Source: Chrysomallon squamiferum
Lineage: Eukaryota; Animalia; Mollusca
NCBI GenBank assembly: GCA_012295275.1
Contig: CM022671.1
Location: 25,358,001-25,422,000, forward strand
Length of the DNA: 64,000 nucleotides
Direction of reading: 5' to 3'
Within the stretch, counting starts at the first letter, position 1. The number at the start of each line of letters is the position of its first letter. The notes under the pieces are model-generated. The model did not search any database and was not told the origin of the DNA. It saw nothing but the letters and a program-made list of their open reading frames with translations. Both the position numbers and the translations under genes were made by a program. Of the stretch, positions 46,249-61,600 are shown piece after piece.

Positions 46249-49242
46249 TCATAATTATTAACCACAGAGCAAGAAAGTATTCAGAATTTTTTTTTTTTCT
46301 GTTCATAGAACTGTCAAATGTGGTGGACATTTAATAGATTTAATGAAAACAGAAATCAGAAAAAGTAGTTTGAAAAAAGAGTTGAGTTGAACTTGGTGGA
46401 ATAAAATGTATCAGAACTGAGACGCCCGATTAAATGTGTGGTTTATTCTTTTTTTATGGATTTGTTTTTAAATTGGGCATTTTATATCATTACTCAAAGA
46501 TGTGAATGTAATTATGATTGACAGTGAAAATCTCAAAATAAAGTGACAATCAAGTTTGGCGATTTTTGTTTCTCACCCAAAATACAACAGCCACTTTCAT
46601 CTGTATTCATTTATTTAAAATGTGTGATGAATCTGGTTAAAGTTGCTGCATAAACTACACATTTGATGTGCATGGTTATTTTCACATTTTCAGGCACACA
46701 ACAGCACACAGGTCTATCAAATATTGAATGTAATACCACAATGTTCAAATAACCCTTTGTACCACAAGTATATACATGTTAACAATTGTTTTTTTGTACC
46801 ACATAGGTGAGGTTTCAAAGATTTGCGTGATTACTTATTTGTTGCATACTTTTGTCAAAGAGAAAAATAACCTAAGTGTGAATGTTACTAAACCACAAGG
46901 GCAAAAATAACTTTTGAATCATTTATCATCAATATTCATAATTATTTATACATTCTTTTAATCACAATTTCCATTTGCTATGTTTTGTTCACCAAACTGT
47001 AGAAAAAAAAATCAGATAAATCAAAAAATATATACAAGTGAATAAGCATTGTTTCATATACATTGTGCACTGTGGTACAGTCACCAGTTCTCTGTATATT
47101 TAATATACATTGTGTAGAATTACATGAAATTTTATATATATATAGATATAGATGTAGTTTACTTCAGATCTTTGCCTATGCTATTCTTAATTAATGTTAC
47201 ACAAATAGTATTAATTGAATATTGTAAATTAACACCAATAAATTTCTGTCTTTTGTTACAGTGAAATTATTACTGAGTTTTTGTTTTTTCTTCATTGAAA
47301 CTAACATTTGACACATATATAAACTTAATACTGGTTACAATTTTCTGTTAATTCCAGTTGGTTACCTGTCTTTTACAGCTGATGCAGTGAAGTTTTTTGT
47401 CCCCAATTTCAGGTTTTTTAAAAAGACAGTTTATTGCAGTTATAATGTTTATATTGGACTAAGAAAGTTCAAAACATTTAATTGGTTTCTGTGAAAGTTG
47501 ATAATATTTTGCTAATAAGTTATTTAAGCCACAATTTTACCATGTTTAACTGACAACAATAGCTGCTGCATTTTTCATGTTCTCTATCCAATTCCAAACA
47601 TTTAAGAACAGGACATTTATGATGTGTGCTGATTGCATTTATTTTTCTTGTATAACATCTGAACCCAAGAAATGTCATCAAATAGGTGAAACCTTTATAG
47701 ACTGTGAAATATTTTAAAATTACTTCTTTATTATATTGGCCTTGCCTTGTTCAGACATTGTTGGCCAACACATACCACTAATTCTTACCATATTTTGAAA
47801 TCTTTAAACTCACAGAAAAAAAATGAGATGAGCTAGTGACAGTTCATTAAGAGAACTCCTTAAACATTTTAGATCAAAAATAATCAAAAACCAATTTATT
47901 AATATAATTTTAGCAAATTACAGAGCAACAGTGAAATAGTAGCAGAGTCATGTAGCAAAATACTGTCAATTCCATTGTAAACATGACACAATTTTTTTTT
48001 TTTTTTAATATATTATATCTGAAGAAAAAACATTTTATGAAAAACTATATATCAATTCTGCACAGAAAAGAATTCAAGAACAGTTTAATGTAAGTTTGTT
48101 TATATAACAACTACTGCAAGAAAGATGTCAAGTTAATAAAGAAAGCAAAATTAAACATTTTTTTTTTACATCAAATCTGTAACAGGAAAATTAACTTTGA
48201 TTTCAATTCAAAATTTTTCATGGATTCAATTTCTTTTTTCCATTGAAAAATGTAATTAGCATACAAATGGATTTTTAAACAACCATTATTTTCACAGACT
48301 CTTAAAAAGGAATAAAACTGTTAAAAATGTTAATAATGAAATGGCACCATTCCACTTTATCTATCAAAAGTATTGTTTAAATTTCACGTTTTAAGAATAA
48401 TAAAACAATTTGTCAATTATTGAGATAAAATTTTTATTTTTTAACCAACATCAAACAATGTTATGAGTCTTCAAGCAATAATCATTTCATTCGTGCACAT
48501 TAAATAGTGTGTTAAATTAATTTAAAATGCTGATCATGTAAGCACAGTTCTAGTATTAATGAAGTCTACAATTTTCAATGTTGCAATGTAACAATGTAAC
48601 CATTTTAAAAGTTTTTTTTGTCCAATGACAATTTAACTTTATTAAATGTGCCAGTATTTTACAGTCTTGGTCACATATTATAAAAACTATAATATGAGAA
48701 TGGAACTAAAATATTTATTTTCTTAGCTGATTCTACTTAAAAGAAATTTGTAAATTAAACTGAATACTTTAAAATGCTTCATATATATTAGTAATGATCA
48801 TTTTCAAGTAAACTCTTTAAATATTTACTGAGTCATTTCTCCAACATAATGTAAAAATTGTTAAACATGCATGGCACATATGGATAAAAAGATGTATTCA
48901 TTTCACTTCAATTCACTTCACTTTCAGGTGGGCTTCTTGGGGAAAAGTTTTTGTGGTAAAGAGTTAGGGTTGAATAAATATTTAATTCCAACATTTAATG
49001 TTTACATTTTCTACATATATTCTTCTTAACTCCTTTCTTCATTTTACCAAAAATGTAAAACAAAAGTAAAAAAAAATATTACTAGTCATTTCTGCAAAGC
49101 TTAAGTTAATTTCTTTTTTTATTCTGAAATTTTTTTTTATTCCTGAATTGTGATCAGAGATGCTGAAAGTTGATTTCATTAACAAGCACTGTTTTCTGGA
49201 TGTGGTGATGATTTGCATTAACCTGAACAAAAATTGATTGTG

Positions 49243-52200
49243 CTACCTTTTACATTTTTTTTTACTTTTTGGTTCACAAGATAACTGATCACTTTCATCC
49301 ATTTCGACGGCAATGCCTAAACCATTGTCATGAGAGTTACCCAGCTCACTGGTTTCAATTTTAATAGTATGAGAATGTACATTCACGTCTTCAGCACCAC
49401 TGACCAGCGAAGAGGCCATCACCATGGATACATTTATCTGATCATCTTGAGTTGACGTGGAAACCACCATTTCCTCCTCTGTCATTCCGTTGCTGCTACT
49501 GGAATTAGTGACCACTTCAACATTTTTTTCCATTACAACTCCTTCGACAATGTTATTTCTTACAACCTCCTCTTTTAGTTCTTGCTGTGTCTGCACCTCC
49601 CTGTTTGTGGCAATGCCTACTTGTAGGACTGTGGCGGAGTTTGGCCCACCCTTGGCCAGCTGAGTTATGTATGCTGTCCTCAGCTGACTGAGCTGAGCCT
49701 GAATTAGCTCCCTGTGTTGAGTTTCCAGTCTGGTCATCAGTCCTTGCAAGTTGATAGAGGAGTTTGCATTCAGCTGCTGCAACAGTTCCGTTTCTCGTTT
49801 CTTGTAACTGTTGATCTCAGTACACAATATCTGTGACTGTTTTTAATTAAGAAGATAAAAAAAAAAGCTTTAAAGCATACAATAACAAATTTGCTGATTA
49901 ACTGCCAAAACTATGTAATATAATTTTATATATACACCCATACATACAAAAATATAAAGATAATGTTTTAACTGTTGAATGATTACATATATTGTTTATT
50001 TCAATGAAGTATATGTTATTTGAAATTAATGAAAAGTTGATTGTTAAAAGGATATATCACACAAGTGTAATAAACTCTGGAATCACAAGAGAAGTATTTA
50101 CTCTTTTTTTACAGTTGAAAGTAAAAAATGAAACTAGTTATACACATTTATTATCTATGCAATCATTAAGTTGCCATAATATATAATAAAGAATTTGCTT
50201 TTATTATAATTTACATTGCCTTCTTTTTCCCCTCTTTTTATTATTTATGTATTTAATGCAAATTATTAGCTAAATTAAAAAAAAAAATTTGACAATGTAT
50301 TTCTTACCTGCAGTTTTAATCTGTCTACTTCAGCTAACAAAAGTTCATTTTCCTTTTCAAGTTTACTGCAGTGAGTCTCAAGCATAGCACATTTTTTTCC
50401 ACAGATCTTTTCAGTTTTCAGCTGAAGATGAAACAACCCAATTCAATTTTTTTCAACAAGAAAAAGAAATTATAAAAATAAAAACTGATATTAAGACATT
50501 TATTTTCTCAAATTAAATTAACACAGAATCTACCACAGTGGATGCATTATTATTATAATATTAATCAGCTTCCATTTTTGCAGAATTACAATTCTTCAGT
50601 AGTCTTAATCAATCAATCAATCAATCAATAAATCAGAACCAAAGAGGACATTTTCTTGGTACTACACAAATGTTTTACACCAGTGCTTCATAAACACTAA
50701 AAAGTAAATGAACTAAAGGGAGAATAACACAAAACTAAAAAAAAAAAAAAAAGCAAGAAAAGAAATCTAATGTGAGAATTAAATTCTTTTGTAAAGACAT
50801 TTAGGATCACTTAGATAAATTTTAGAATCAAGTGCTGTTACCTCTGTACTGACAATCTGTTTATCTGTACCAATGATCTGAACATCAAGCGGACTGTCTA
50901 GCTGTGCTGCCTCCAGCTGTTCTTCTGATATAATCATGATGGTCTGGCCATCAGCTGTGTTGATTGTTTCATTGGCAGCTATAGAAACATGAAATCCTCC
51001 GTCTGACAGAACTTTATCACTGTATTCTGACTCGCTGTTGCAGACTGAAAAGTAAGAAACAAAAATTCCACTAATTTCACCATGGAAAGGTTTTTGATAA
51101 CTAACAGTGTCTGAGATTTGTGATTTAGTGGGGGATATTAAATTTCTCTTAGCAATGACCGGGATAAATCTTTCAGTTTAAAATAATTTACTTGATTGCA
51201 ACAGCTTTCAATCATATGAAAGCATCAGTTAAATTATTTATGATTTTGGATTAGTAGTTCATTAATATAACATGTTGAAACTGTTACTACATTCACCTTG
51301 ATCTGGTGATGCCAGACAAGCTGCCTCTGTTAGCACTGGGTGGATGACGCCTTCGTCCTGAATGTTTGACGATGCCTCATGATTCTCCACTTCATCTGTT
51401 GGAGGCTGAGTGACATCCTGAAATTATACATATAAAATGTTCCAGTTATCCAGATCATGAGGCTCTTGGCAGCAACAACAAAAAAACAACAACAACATTA
51501 AAGTGCAGAATGTTCTCAAAAAAAGTAACATTAATGTGTAATGGTAATAATAACATGATTATACAAATAATAAATTGCATCACTACAATTGATTTAAAAA
51601 AAAAAAAAAAATAATAAGAAGAAAATAAGAAAAGCAAGGGGTTTATAAGATTAGATATATAGAAAACTGATTCAATACAAAGTCCAGCCATAAGTTAAAA
51701 CATTTTTGTTTGTAAAAAAAATAAATTCTCCTTTTTTTGTTTTTTAAATAAATTACCTGTGCTATCTGGATTTGAAATGTGGTCTGTGGATTTCTAAAAT
51801 GTGTTCTGTAGTGTTTCAGAGCTTCATCACGTCTGTTGAATCCATTCCTACATTTATAGCAATGCCAGTGAGCACCTTTGAATTTTTTTTCACCTTTGAT
51901 GATCCCAACTATGTCACAGTGATCACAACAACGAAGAATTTTTAGAGCTGTGTAAATGAAACAAAACAATTTTAAAATTATTTATTCTGACTGACATTTT
52001 CAGAATCATAGATTTTAGTATTAATTGACAATAATCAAATAAATTTAGAAACTAATATACATAACACTGTTACCTGCAAATTCAATTCCTTTGTCAACAT
52101 GTTTCACTCTGTAGTGAGCCTTCAAAATTACAGGGTCTTGATAAAATTCTGTTTTCACACAGAAAGGACAATGCATATGAGGTACTTTGGTGGAACATTC

Positions 52201-52781
52201 TGGATCAGTACAAACAGTGGGTGTGTAGTTATTTTCTGCACCTTTAATTCGAATGCTGGGATGAGTCTGAAAAATAATTACCCATAATATACATCATTTT
52301 CTAAACAAAACCTTGAAACTGAAATCGATTTTGTATGTTCTAATGAATCTACAGTTAAATTCATTTTAATTTTTGACTGTCATTTGTTACTGAAAAATGT
52401 CCAAGAAGTCTCGATACTGATACTGTCATATCAGTATACTGTATATATACTATATAGAATATACTCTATAGTACTAGTAGCTATCAACTTTCAGTATCGT
52501 ACATTAAACGATTCATAATTCATAATCTAAAATTATATATGTTCACATAAAACCGTATTTCTTTTAAACATGATATTAATTAATAAATGCATTATTATAA
52601 TAATATAAAGTAAAATGTAAAATAAAATTAATAAATAATAATAATTTAAAAATAATGAAAAAAGCGTCTGCTAGAAATTAAAAGTAATTTTTTGTTAACT
52701 TGACAAGAAAACAATATGGCGCGTTTCTCGGTAACAGCCAACACAAAAAGATTTTCATACCATAAAGGCTAGTGGATTCAT
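49243..52781 (-). CDS. Uncharacterised ~476 aa protein with two N-terminal Cys/His zinc-finger-like modules, a central/C-terminal coiled coil and a basic C-terminal tail
   Basis: Exons 52761-52781, 52074-52266, 51757-51947, 51297-51417, 50842-51044, 50308-50421 and 49243-49830 (1431 nt, open, phases consistent). Modules CTDPEC..VPHMHCPFC..LKAHYRVKH and CCDHC..AHWHCYKCRNGFNRRDEALKHYRTH; heptad-like LEKENELLLAEVDRLKLQ; ends PKSKKKCKR*. Confidence 0.85.
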
Positions 52782-53161
52782 CGTTTCTTATAGTTGCATT
52801 GAAAGTTAATAATAATGTTTGTAAACATTAAAATATCTAAGTGCACAGACAACTTCTACGATAAACATGTAAAAAACGTCATGAAAATTGGGAAACAAAC
52901 GATGGCGATTTCAATGACGTCACGTCACATCCTGTTCTTTACGTTTGCTAGAGGTCAGCACCGTTAAATCTATTCCAACGGAAATAACCGAGTATATGCA
53001 ATAAAATACGACAGGAGCCGATTGTTTCAAGTTAATTCGCCTTTTTTATTTGGGAAATTAAGCAGACTGAGACTGTTGTTTGATTTTAATAAATAAATAA
53101 ACGTTTAGACATTTAGTTTTATTTGGGTTAAAATAAAACTTTTAGACTAGTTATGGTTTCA
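52782..53161. promoter_or_regulatory. Bidirectional promoter of the zinc-finger gene and ADAT2, with a probable non-coding first exon of ADAT2
   Basis: CpG-enriched. Perfect CRE TGACGTCA at 52915-22 with an overlapping ACGTCA, and a YY1-like ATGGCG at about 52902. Donor GTAAGT at 53162 and acceptor TTTTCAG ending 53416, six bases before the ADAT2 ATG. Confidence 0.65.
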
Positions 53162-53356
53162 GTAAGTTTTGAAAAGGTATTTGTACTCGCTAAGTTTAAT
53201 TACGGATACTGGGATAGTCCACAAAATAGTTATGAGCAACATTTTATTCCGGTTTAGTTTATTGTACTTGAATACAAATACAAGGAATTGTTTATTTTCT
53301 CAAAACTGTTAATAATAAATCATACCTGTTATATTTTATTTGTCATAATTATGTGA

Positions 53357-53950
<594 letters not shown>

Positions 53951-55606
53951 CAAACAACATAAAATTGGTAAAATAAGGAGAAAAAAGGTTTAACCTAGTG
54001 ATTCAAGAGTACTAGTCAAACTGTTCATCTCAGCATCAGTACTTCTGCACTAACTGGGTTATTTCTGGTACCAATTATTTTTGTGTACTTTATCAAAAGT
54101 CATGGTATTAACATTCCTATATACATGAAGGTGTATATATTCAATTCCTTACTGCTGGTCAGTGAGTAGATCACAGTTTTTGACAGCAGGTCTGCTCTCT
54201 CAAGATGTAATATGTGGGTTATAAAAATATACGGTTGACACCTAATGACTGATACTGTGATAATAAAATAAAATAGTTTGAAATGTAGATATATATTCAT
54301 TCTATTTTGATTGTTTGATTTTTGAAAAACAATAAGATAATTTTACAATTTATTATTTTTTTTTATCTCTAATTTCTAATTCCCATTTGCCCTGATAAAT
54401 ACATTTAGAAACTTTTTTTTTTTTTTAATGTGCTGAAAAAATATGAAGATGTATCATGCATAAGAACCTGTTTCTTCTTATTAGTTGTGAAGGTTTTTTT
54501 TAATAATTAATTTTTTTTTTTTTTGTGAAATGTAATCCTATTAAATACAAGTAATTCAAATATTTATCAGTTTTATGCTCTAGAATTCGAAATCTTTATC
54601 AATTAATAAATTTTAACTTTTAAATAATTTTGTTGAAACCATACTGAAGAACATTTTTTTTTTCCTACTATATTAATTATTTAATATTTATAATATTTGC
54701 ATAAACAAAACTTCAAATATCCATTCTGATAGCAACAGTGAAGTTTAAATTCAACACAAACGTCAGTGGTATCATAGTTACATCAAAGTTTATTAGGCAG
54801 TATCTAATGTATACAGTAACACAAATTTTACATCTCACAATACATAACAAAAAAACCCATTGATTTGCTTTTCTGTTTTTAACTATTTGAAAATACCCAA
54901 ATCTTTTCCTTAAACAAATGACAACATTACATCTACAATTAATTATTTTTAATGTGATTTTTTAAAAGGATGATGCATGGTTAAACATTGTGAAAAAACC
55001 ATAGAGATTTCTTGGTTTTCTGTAATTCACATGCTCAAACATTAGGGTTTGAAGTAAAAGCAATGCATCTGTTAATAATACTTTAAAATCATTTACTGCA
55101 GACATAATGTATATAGATAAACTGATCTTCAGAAAAGTCACCTCACATGCACAAACTATCTGTTTAGCATCCTTTATTAAATAAACATTAATGGAATGTA
55201 CAGACTGAATGATGCACTGACTAAAGCTCACAACAGAAAGTACTACTACATTTTTTAACAGAATCCAGATACATATTACTGTTAAATGACACAACCTTTA
55301 AAATGTGTTTCAAAAAAAAAAAAAAATGCAAATATTATAACTCATGAATGTCAGATGCTCAGTACCTCTGATAAAGAGTTCTATGACAAAAAATCAAAAG
55401 TTTTTTTTTTAATATCTCTACATAAAGGTTTTATTTTTAAATACATTATGAAAACATTTGTTAAATACACCAGAATTTATCAAAAGAAATAAATTCAGTG
55501 AGTTATATAATTAACTTTTCTAGGAACTAATTTTTTTTTTTTTGTCAAGCCTTATTTTCCATTTTGTTTAATTAAGAATATTGTCTTTAACTCAAATAAC
55601 AGCTAA

Positions 55607-58600
55607 CTAGTTGTGGAGAATGATCTCATAAGCTTGTTGTACCCCACTGTAAACATCCAGAGCTCGACACTTCAAAGATAACTGTTGAAAAGAAGGAAAA
55701 CAATTAGATATAATTTTCTTCAAACATCAAGGTTGGAATGCATAAAGTTTATTTTATTTTATTTATTATTATTAATTTTGTATGTGTGTGTTTAAATAAA
55801 TCAAAACTATTCATAATTAATTCTAAAACTGATAGTTGATGACTTGATCAATATTGTGGAATGTTCAATTTATATTTTTCCTTTTTAACCAAATAAACTG
55901 AATATTAAATATCAGTAGTAAAATATTAAACAATAACTTACAGTGAAGTTGGGATTTCCTGGTTGTATCTTTAATTCAGCTAGCACTTTTATGCCATTTG
56001 TCAGTTTGAGGGACTGGTACAGCATGTCTTGTCCTTCCACGTTACGCTTGGCAATTGTAAAGATGTTATTATTTTTTAGTTTCTGTGAAACAGTATCTGC
56101 AAAAGAGCATAACAGAAAATTTCAGTTGATACAAATTATTTATTTAAATAATGCTGTTATATTACATTTTTCAGCTTAAAAAGCACAAAACTTCAGTTAG
56201 CTTCTTTTTTATTGGTTACATTAATTAAAAAAAAAAAAAAAGAATAATAGTAAAACCCCTCCAAGCTAATGCAATTTCATTATTCATCAAAACTTTAAAA
56301 ATGATTTATTATTCAAGAGTTTTAATTTATCTCATAAACAATTGTCAAAATAATTTATAAAATTAAAATACTTTTAAATGAAAGATAAACCAACAATTCT
56401 ACAAACAATTTACAAACACATTATTCATCAAAACTACAACATTAGAAATGAAACCCACCTGCATTATGTTGCACATTGGCAATGGTATACTGTACTTCAT
56501 TGGTGGATGGGATGTCTTTCCATGTGGCCAGGAATTCCTTCTTATCCATTTCACCATCCTCAACAAACAGAACATGCATTGGAATGGTCACACTGAAGTA
56601 AAACACACTTATGTTGTTCTTAACAGCTATCTGTAAAAAAAATAATTTAAAAAGTAGAATCCAACATGCTTAACTTAAATATGATAACTGCAAACAGAAA
56701 TATCATGTATCAAGAGTTCAACCCCAACAAATCAGATGACAAATACCTGTTTGAAAACTTGTATTCATAAATTTTCTTCATCACAGCCAAACCTGTAACT
56801 GGGTATCTCAAAAAGACAATAATTACAAAGATAATTCTTTATGATTTATCATAACAAGTTTATTGCAATTGTAAACAGAAACATGATGTTCACTGTAAGC
56901 TTACTTATTTCTTAACATTAAAAATCACCAAGATCTTTTCAAATTTCAATCAAAACAGTTCTCAAAAACAACTAAATTAAATAACTTGGGATGAAACTGA
57001 ATAATGAATATATGAAACCTTTAGCAAAAGAACAACAGTTATTTTTATGCCATAATATTATAGCCTACATTTAACGTTTCTGTTCACCACTAACCTGAAG
57101 AGAAAGGAGAGGGTCCATCTTCTGAACAGCTCCTAATGTATTCAAAGGTAGAGAAGTACTTGCTGATCCATTAGGAACAAGAGGACTTGGAATCTGTATG
57201 GGTTGGGCTTGCTGAATTCCAAAACTGCATTTACAAAAGGTATCGAAATCAAAATATGTTTTAAAGAAAAAAAACTCATGTTTTTAATGCCATAATTATA
57301 TTTTACTAATGATGAATTATAAAAAAATTTTGATATGAAGTTACAGTTTCCTGTTTCAAAATTATTTTTTTTCTTTTCTTTTTTCTCTTGAATAAGGTGA
57401 ATTTGCAAGTTTGTTACTTAAGTTGTTTCACCTATTTTTGTTAAACTGAATTGCAAATCCTGCCATAGCTTGCATGGCTTTGTTCATAAAAGTTAATTCC
57501 ATAAATATCTGTCCATTTCTTCTGGCAAATGTTCCTGTGATTTCTAAACCTTTTCCTTTAGCAGCTGTAAGCCAGACCTAAAAATAATGTAAAATGAATT
57601 TTTTATTTATCTTTACATCAGTACAAAAAACGAAAATATCCTTGAAAGATACAAAAACAAATCAGAGCATTAATTTATTTATTTTTATTATTTTTTTTTA
57701 ATACAATTAATTATTCAATTTTCTTTAAATGTCAACATGAAATCTAAACTTTGCATTATTCCCCCAACACTAATAATTTCTAGGTAAATATTAAATATTT
57801 TACCTTGAATACATGTTGGACTCATTTGATTCCACTGTTAATTAACATCCCTTTTATTTTCTGAGTTCATCTATGATGAAATTTACAAAACACTTTTTAA
57901 TAAATGCCAATGGTTTTACCTCCTGTGGTGGCACATAGGACTGAGATGTTGTTCCAAATATATCACCCAGACCTCCAAGACTATCTCCTGCAGATATTCC
58001 ACCTCCACCAAGCTGTTGAGGTAACAGAAAAGATTAAAATAAACATGCCAGTAATATTAATAATTTGTTTTATTCATGTACAAACAGAACAGCTGAAAAG
58101 TAATTCCTAACAGTGTGATATCCTTGCCTAACATGGATTATTTTATTGCTTATGTATGAAAAAATATAATAAAGGGGGATACATGTTTGTTATTTGTCAT
58201 ATTTTGTTATTACCAAAGATACAAAACAAAAACTTGGATATATATACATGATATAAATAGATATATACATACATAGACAGATTTGTTAGGATCATTAAAG
58301 ATGTATTTTAATAACATCTTTGTTATAAATGGTGTAATTTCACAACCTAAAATCATAATTTTTACAGTGAATTGCAAAATGAGAAATGAAATAAAGAAAC
58401 CAATGTTATTACCAAACTGTCCAGCCCTTCTCCCAGGAAATCCATTCCTGCAGACTGCTGTAAAGGTTGTGCAGATGGTGTAGTGAACACCTGCTGCTGC
58501 TGTTGCTGGAATGGAGTGGGTCCTCCCAGATCAATGTCGAGCAGGTCTCCAATAAGTGAATCTGCACCTGGTATCACTGTGGCCTGTGGAACATTTGGCT

Positions 58601-61600
58601 GAGTTTGAAGTCCTTCTGCTGGTACATCATCCAAAACATTTCCTCTGAAAGTCAGAAAGTAGAAGTTTTAGCAATTAGCTTCTGTTTCTGTTTTCTCTGA
58701 CCAACCAGATACTCAATACAATGTATCTGAGTTATCACTAGAGAAGGGAGATATAATAAGTTAAAATGTATAAAAATATTTGCTTTAGGAAAACAGCATT
58801 CTGATATGAATATAACATGAACTTTGAGCTAACAATTGATGTATTCAGTTATGATTACAGAAAATAAAATAAAATTAATCAGTCCCACCATGCAAGGAAT
58901 GAATGAGTAATACAGTATTTGAATACTGAATTAGATTAAACGGAAAATTTTTTTTTTTTTTTTACAATACTTACGACTGTGACCTTGGTGGCAAGGACTT
59001 TCTGTAACCTCCACGACCTTCAACAAAATTGTTTGGTGGTCTATGATACACAGAGGCCAGACTAGAGATGTGACAGATGAGCTCATCAAGAAGAGTGGGC
59101 TCTATTGAGATCAGTCTCTTCAGAAATCAGTGGTTTTTCTGCAAGCACAACTTCTTTTGCAGCAGCTGGGGCTGTGGACAGAAGTCTCCAGTAGATGTAG
59201 CCTCTATCTCGCAGATCTGGATTGTCACTGTCCTAGAAAAAAAACATTTACATTCTGCATTAACAAATCTTGTACATTTTTCAACTTTTAAAATATTAAC
59301 TGTTTGAAAAAAGAAAATTAAAATTATTATCTGTGTGTTTGTCTCTATGTGTGCGTGTGTGCCTGTGCGTGTGTGTAAAGATAAAGACAAACAACATACC
59401 TGTGTTGCTAAGCTAAGCACTTGCTGTACCAGCTCTTGAGTATCTGTTGGTCTTTTCAAAAACAATTTAACAATGGCTGTAAGAAGCTGCAGCTGAACCT
59501 AAACAAGAGAATGTATTGTGAATAGGGTGTTTTCTATAAAAATATAACCATTTTACAATAAACAAAAGATAGTAAAATAACTGCAATAAACCACTGTTCC
59601 ACTCCAGTCTAACAAATAATTTAACTTTTCAAGAAAGAGTGATAAAGAACCCCAATAACAATCAAATACAATTTAAAAAAATAATAAAATAAAATGTTTA
59701 ATAATAAAATTTATAATAGTAATTTTTATAACAGTATTAGTTACATAAATATTTTGTTCCTAAGGTGCTGGAATGCATTATCAACTCTCAACTTTTATAA
59801 ATCTGTTTACCTGGGAATTTTCATCCTGAAATCCTTCAAGAAAGCTCTCAAGAAGTTCATCAGCATTGTCAATTCTCTCTGCATATTCTCCAATGATCCA
59901 AATCATTGATGCTCTGTTATGTAAAAATATTTAATTTAACTTTTGCTTAAATATCAATCCTAACTTCAAATTATAAATATTAAGCTCCACAAAAGGCACA
60001 ATGTTTCTTTTACATTGTATGCATTTTTTATCTAAAGCAATCATAAATGGTAACTGCATTATTATATTAAAACAAAATGCTAAATGTTTACTAAAATCAA
60101 TAATACCTCTAATAAAATCAGAAATAAGTTTTGCATAAAATAAATGTCAATTATTTCTACTATCAATTATTTCTACTGCAGATGCATGAATGAAAACCTA
60201 TATACATACATTTATACAGATGAATGTTTTTATTAAATTGTTGTTTTTACCTTGCTTCTGGTTCATCCAAAGTGTCCAGATTCTCACACAGGGTTGCTAT
60301 GATGCTTTCGTATTTGTTTGGGTATTTCCGGAAAATATCCTGCAAAATCACATTTCCGGATCTGTATAAAATCTTAATGCACCTGGAGCATTCTAACAAC
60401 AAAACCTTTTCAGGAATATTGTGTGAATAATATTCTGTAATGGCAGTTATAGAGATTTAATGACCAAAGACGAGCTTATCAATAAATGATGAGAGTTGCA
60501 AATTAAACTATATTTTTTTTTCTCCTTTTCTTTTAAATTCATAAATAGATGTTTACAAAAAATAAAAAAATAATTAAAAAAATAAACAAACAAATAAATA
60601 TAGAACTAAGAAATTCTATTTTAAGAGAAAGAAAAAAATATATATACATAAATACATATATATATATATATATATATATTTAAAAATTATCAGTTTTTTT
60701 TAATTACCTTGATTACTACAATAGCCTCTTGAACAACATAGTTGACTTTTGTTTGGATGAGGTCAAGCAGAGTGCTCACACACCTTTCTGCTGCCTGTTC
60801 TACTTTAATGGCACATCTTCCTATAGCTCGGACAGATTTTCTCACAAAGTCAACATCAACTTCCGTGGCATACCTTAAATGAAAACAAAATTCTATAATT
60901 AACTTGAAAACTTAAAGCAATAGTTCATCTGAATGAAACTAAATAAATCATGAACCTTTGTTTTTTTAATCCTGTACTAATATAAATTATCTACAATAAA
61001 TGTAAGTTGAAAGCCAAATATACATTATGATATAATTTTTGAAAAAAGGAACAGATTTCAGGATTACATATTTAAAGATTTTTTGTTACGCTACATAAAA
61101 TGAAGAACATCACACTTACTCTTTTAGTTCAGCCAAAACCTGTGCAATGTTTCCTTGGTTTGTAAGACGAATCATAATGTCCAGTTTCTCTAACTTCACA
61201 TAAATTGGGTCATTGTATTTCACAAAAAACACTTTCATTTCATTTTTCAAAATGTCCTGTCTGAAAAACAAATTCATAAACATTTCAGGTAAAAGAATAC
61301 TGATAAAATAATTAGAATCTTATTAACAAAAGTATGCTAATTACATATTACTGAAGCAGATGTCAAAAACTTAATTACTTGTCAAAAGCAAAATGACTGA
61401 ATAACATATTTTTACAATTGGAAATTAATTATAAATAATTTATTACATGATGATAAACTGTCACATTTTAAGTATATAATTAACAATTTATAGAAAATAA
61501 AATGTATCTTTAAAATGTTTCCATTCAAAAATATTTTTCCTTTCTGCTGGCCGTCACTGTTAAAAATGAACACAAAACCTGACTTACTTCTTTTGCACAA

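Noticed and set aside
52412-52499. Small inverted repeat CGATACTGA...TCAGTATCG in the first intron of the zinc-finger gene
   Set aside because: Short arms around low-complexity TA-rich sequence; compatible with chance or slippage.
54962-55492. ORFs of 110 aa and 68 aa between ADAT2 and beta-adaptin
   Set aside because: They lie in the beta-adaptin 3' UTR region, have non-coding-like composition and show no recognisable domain.
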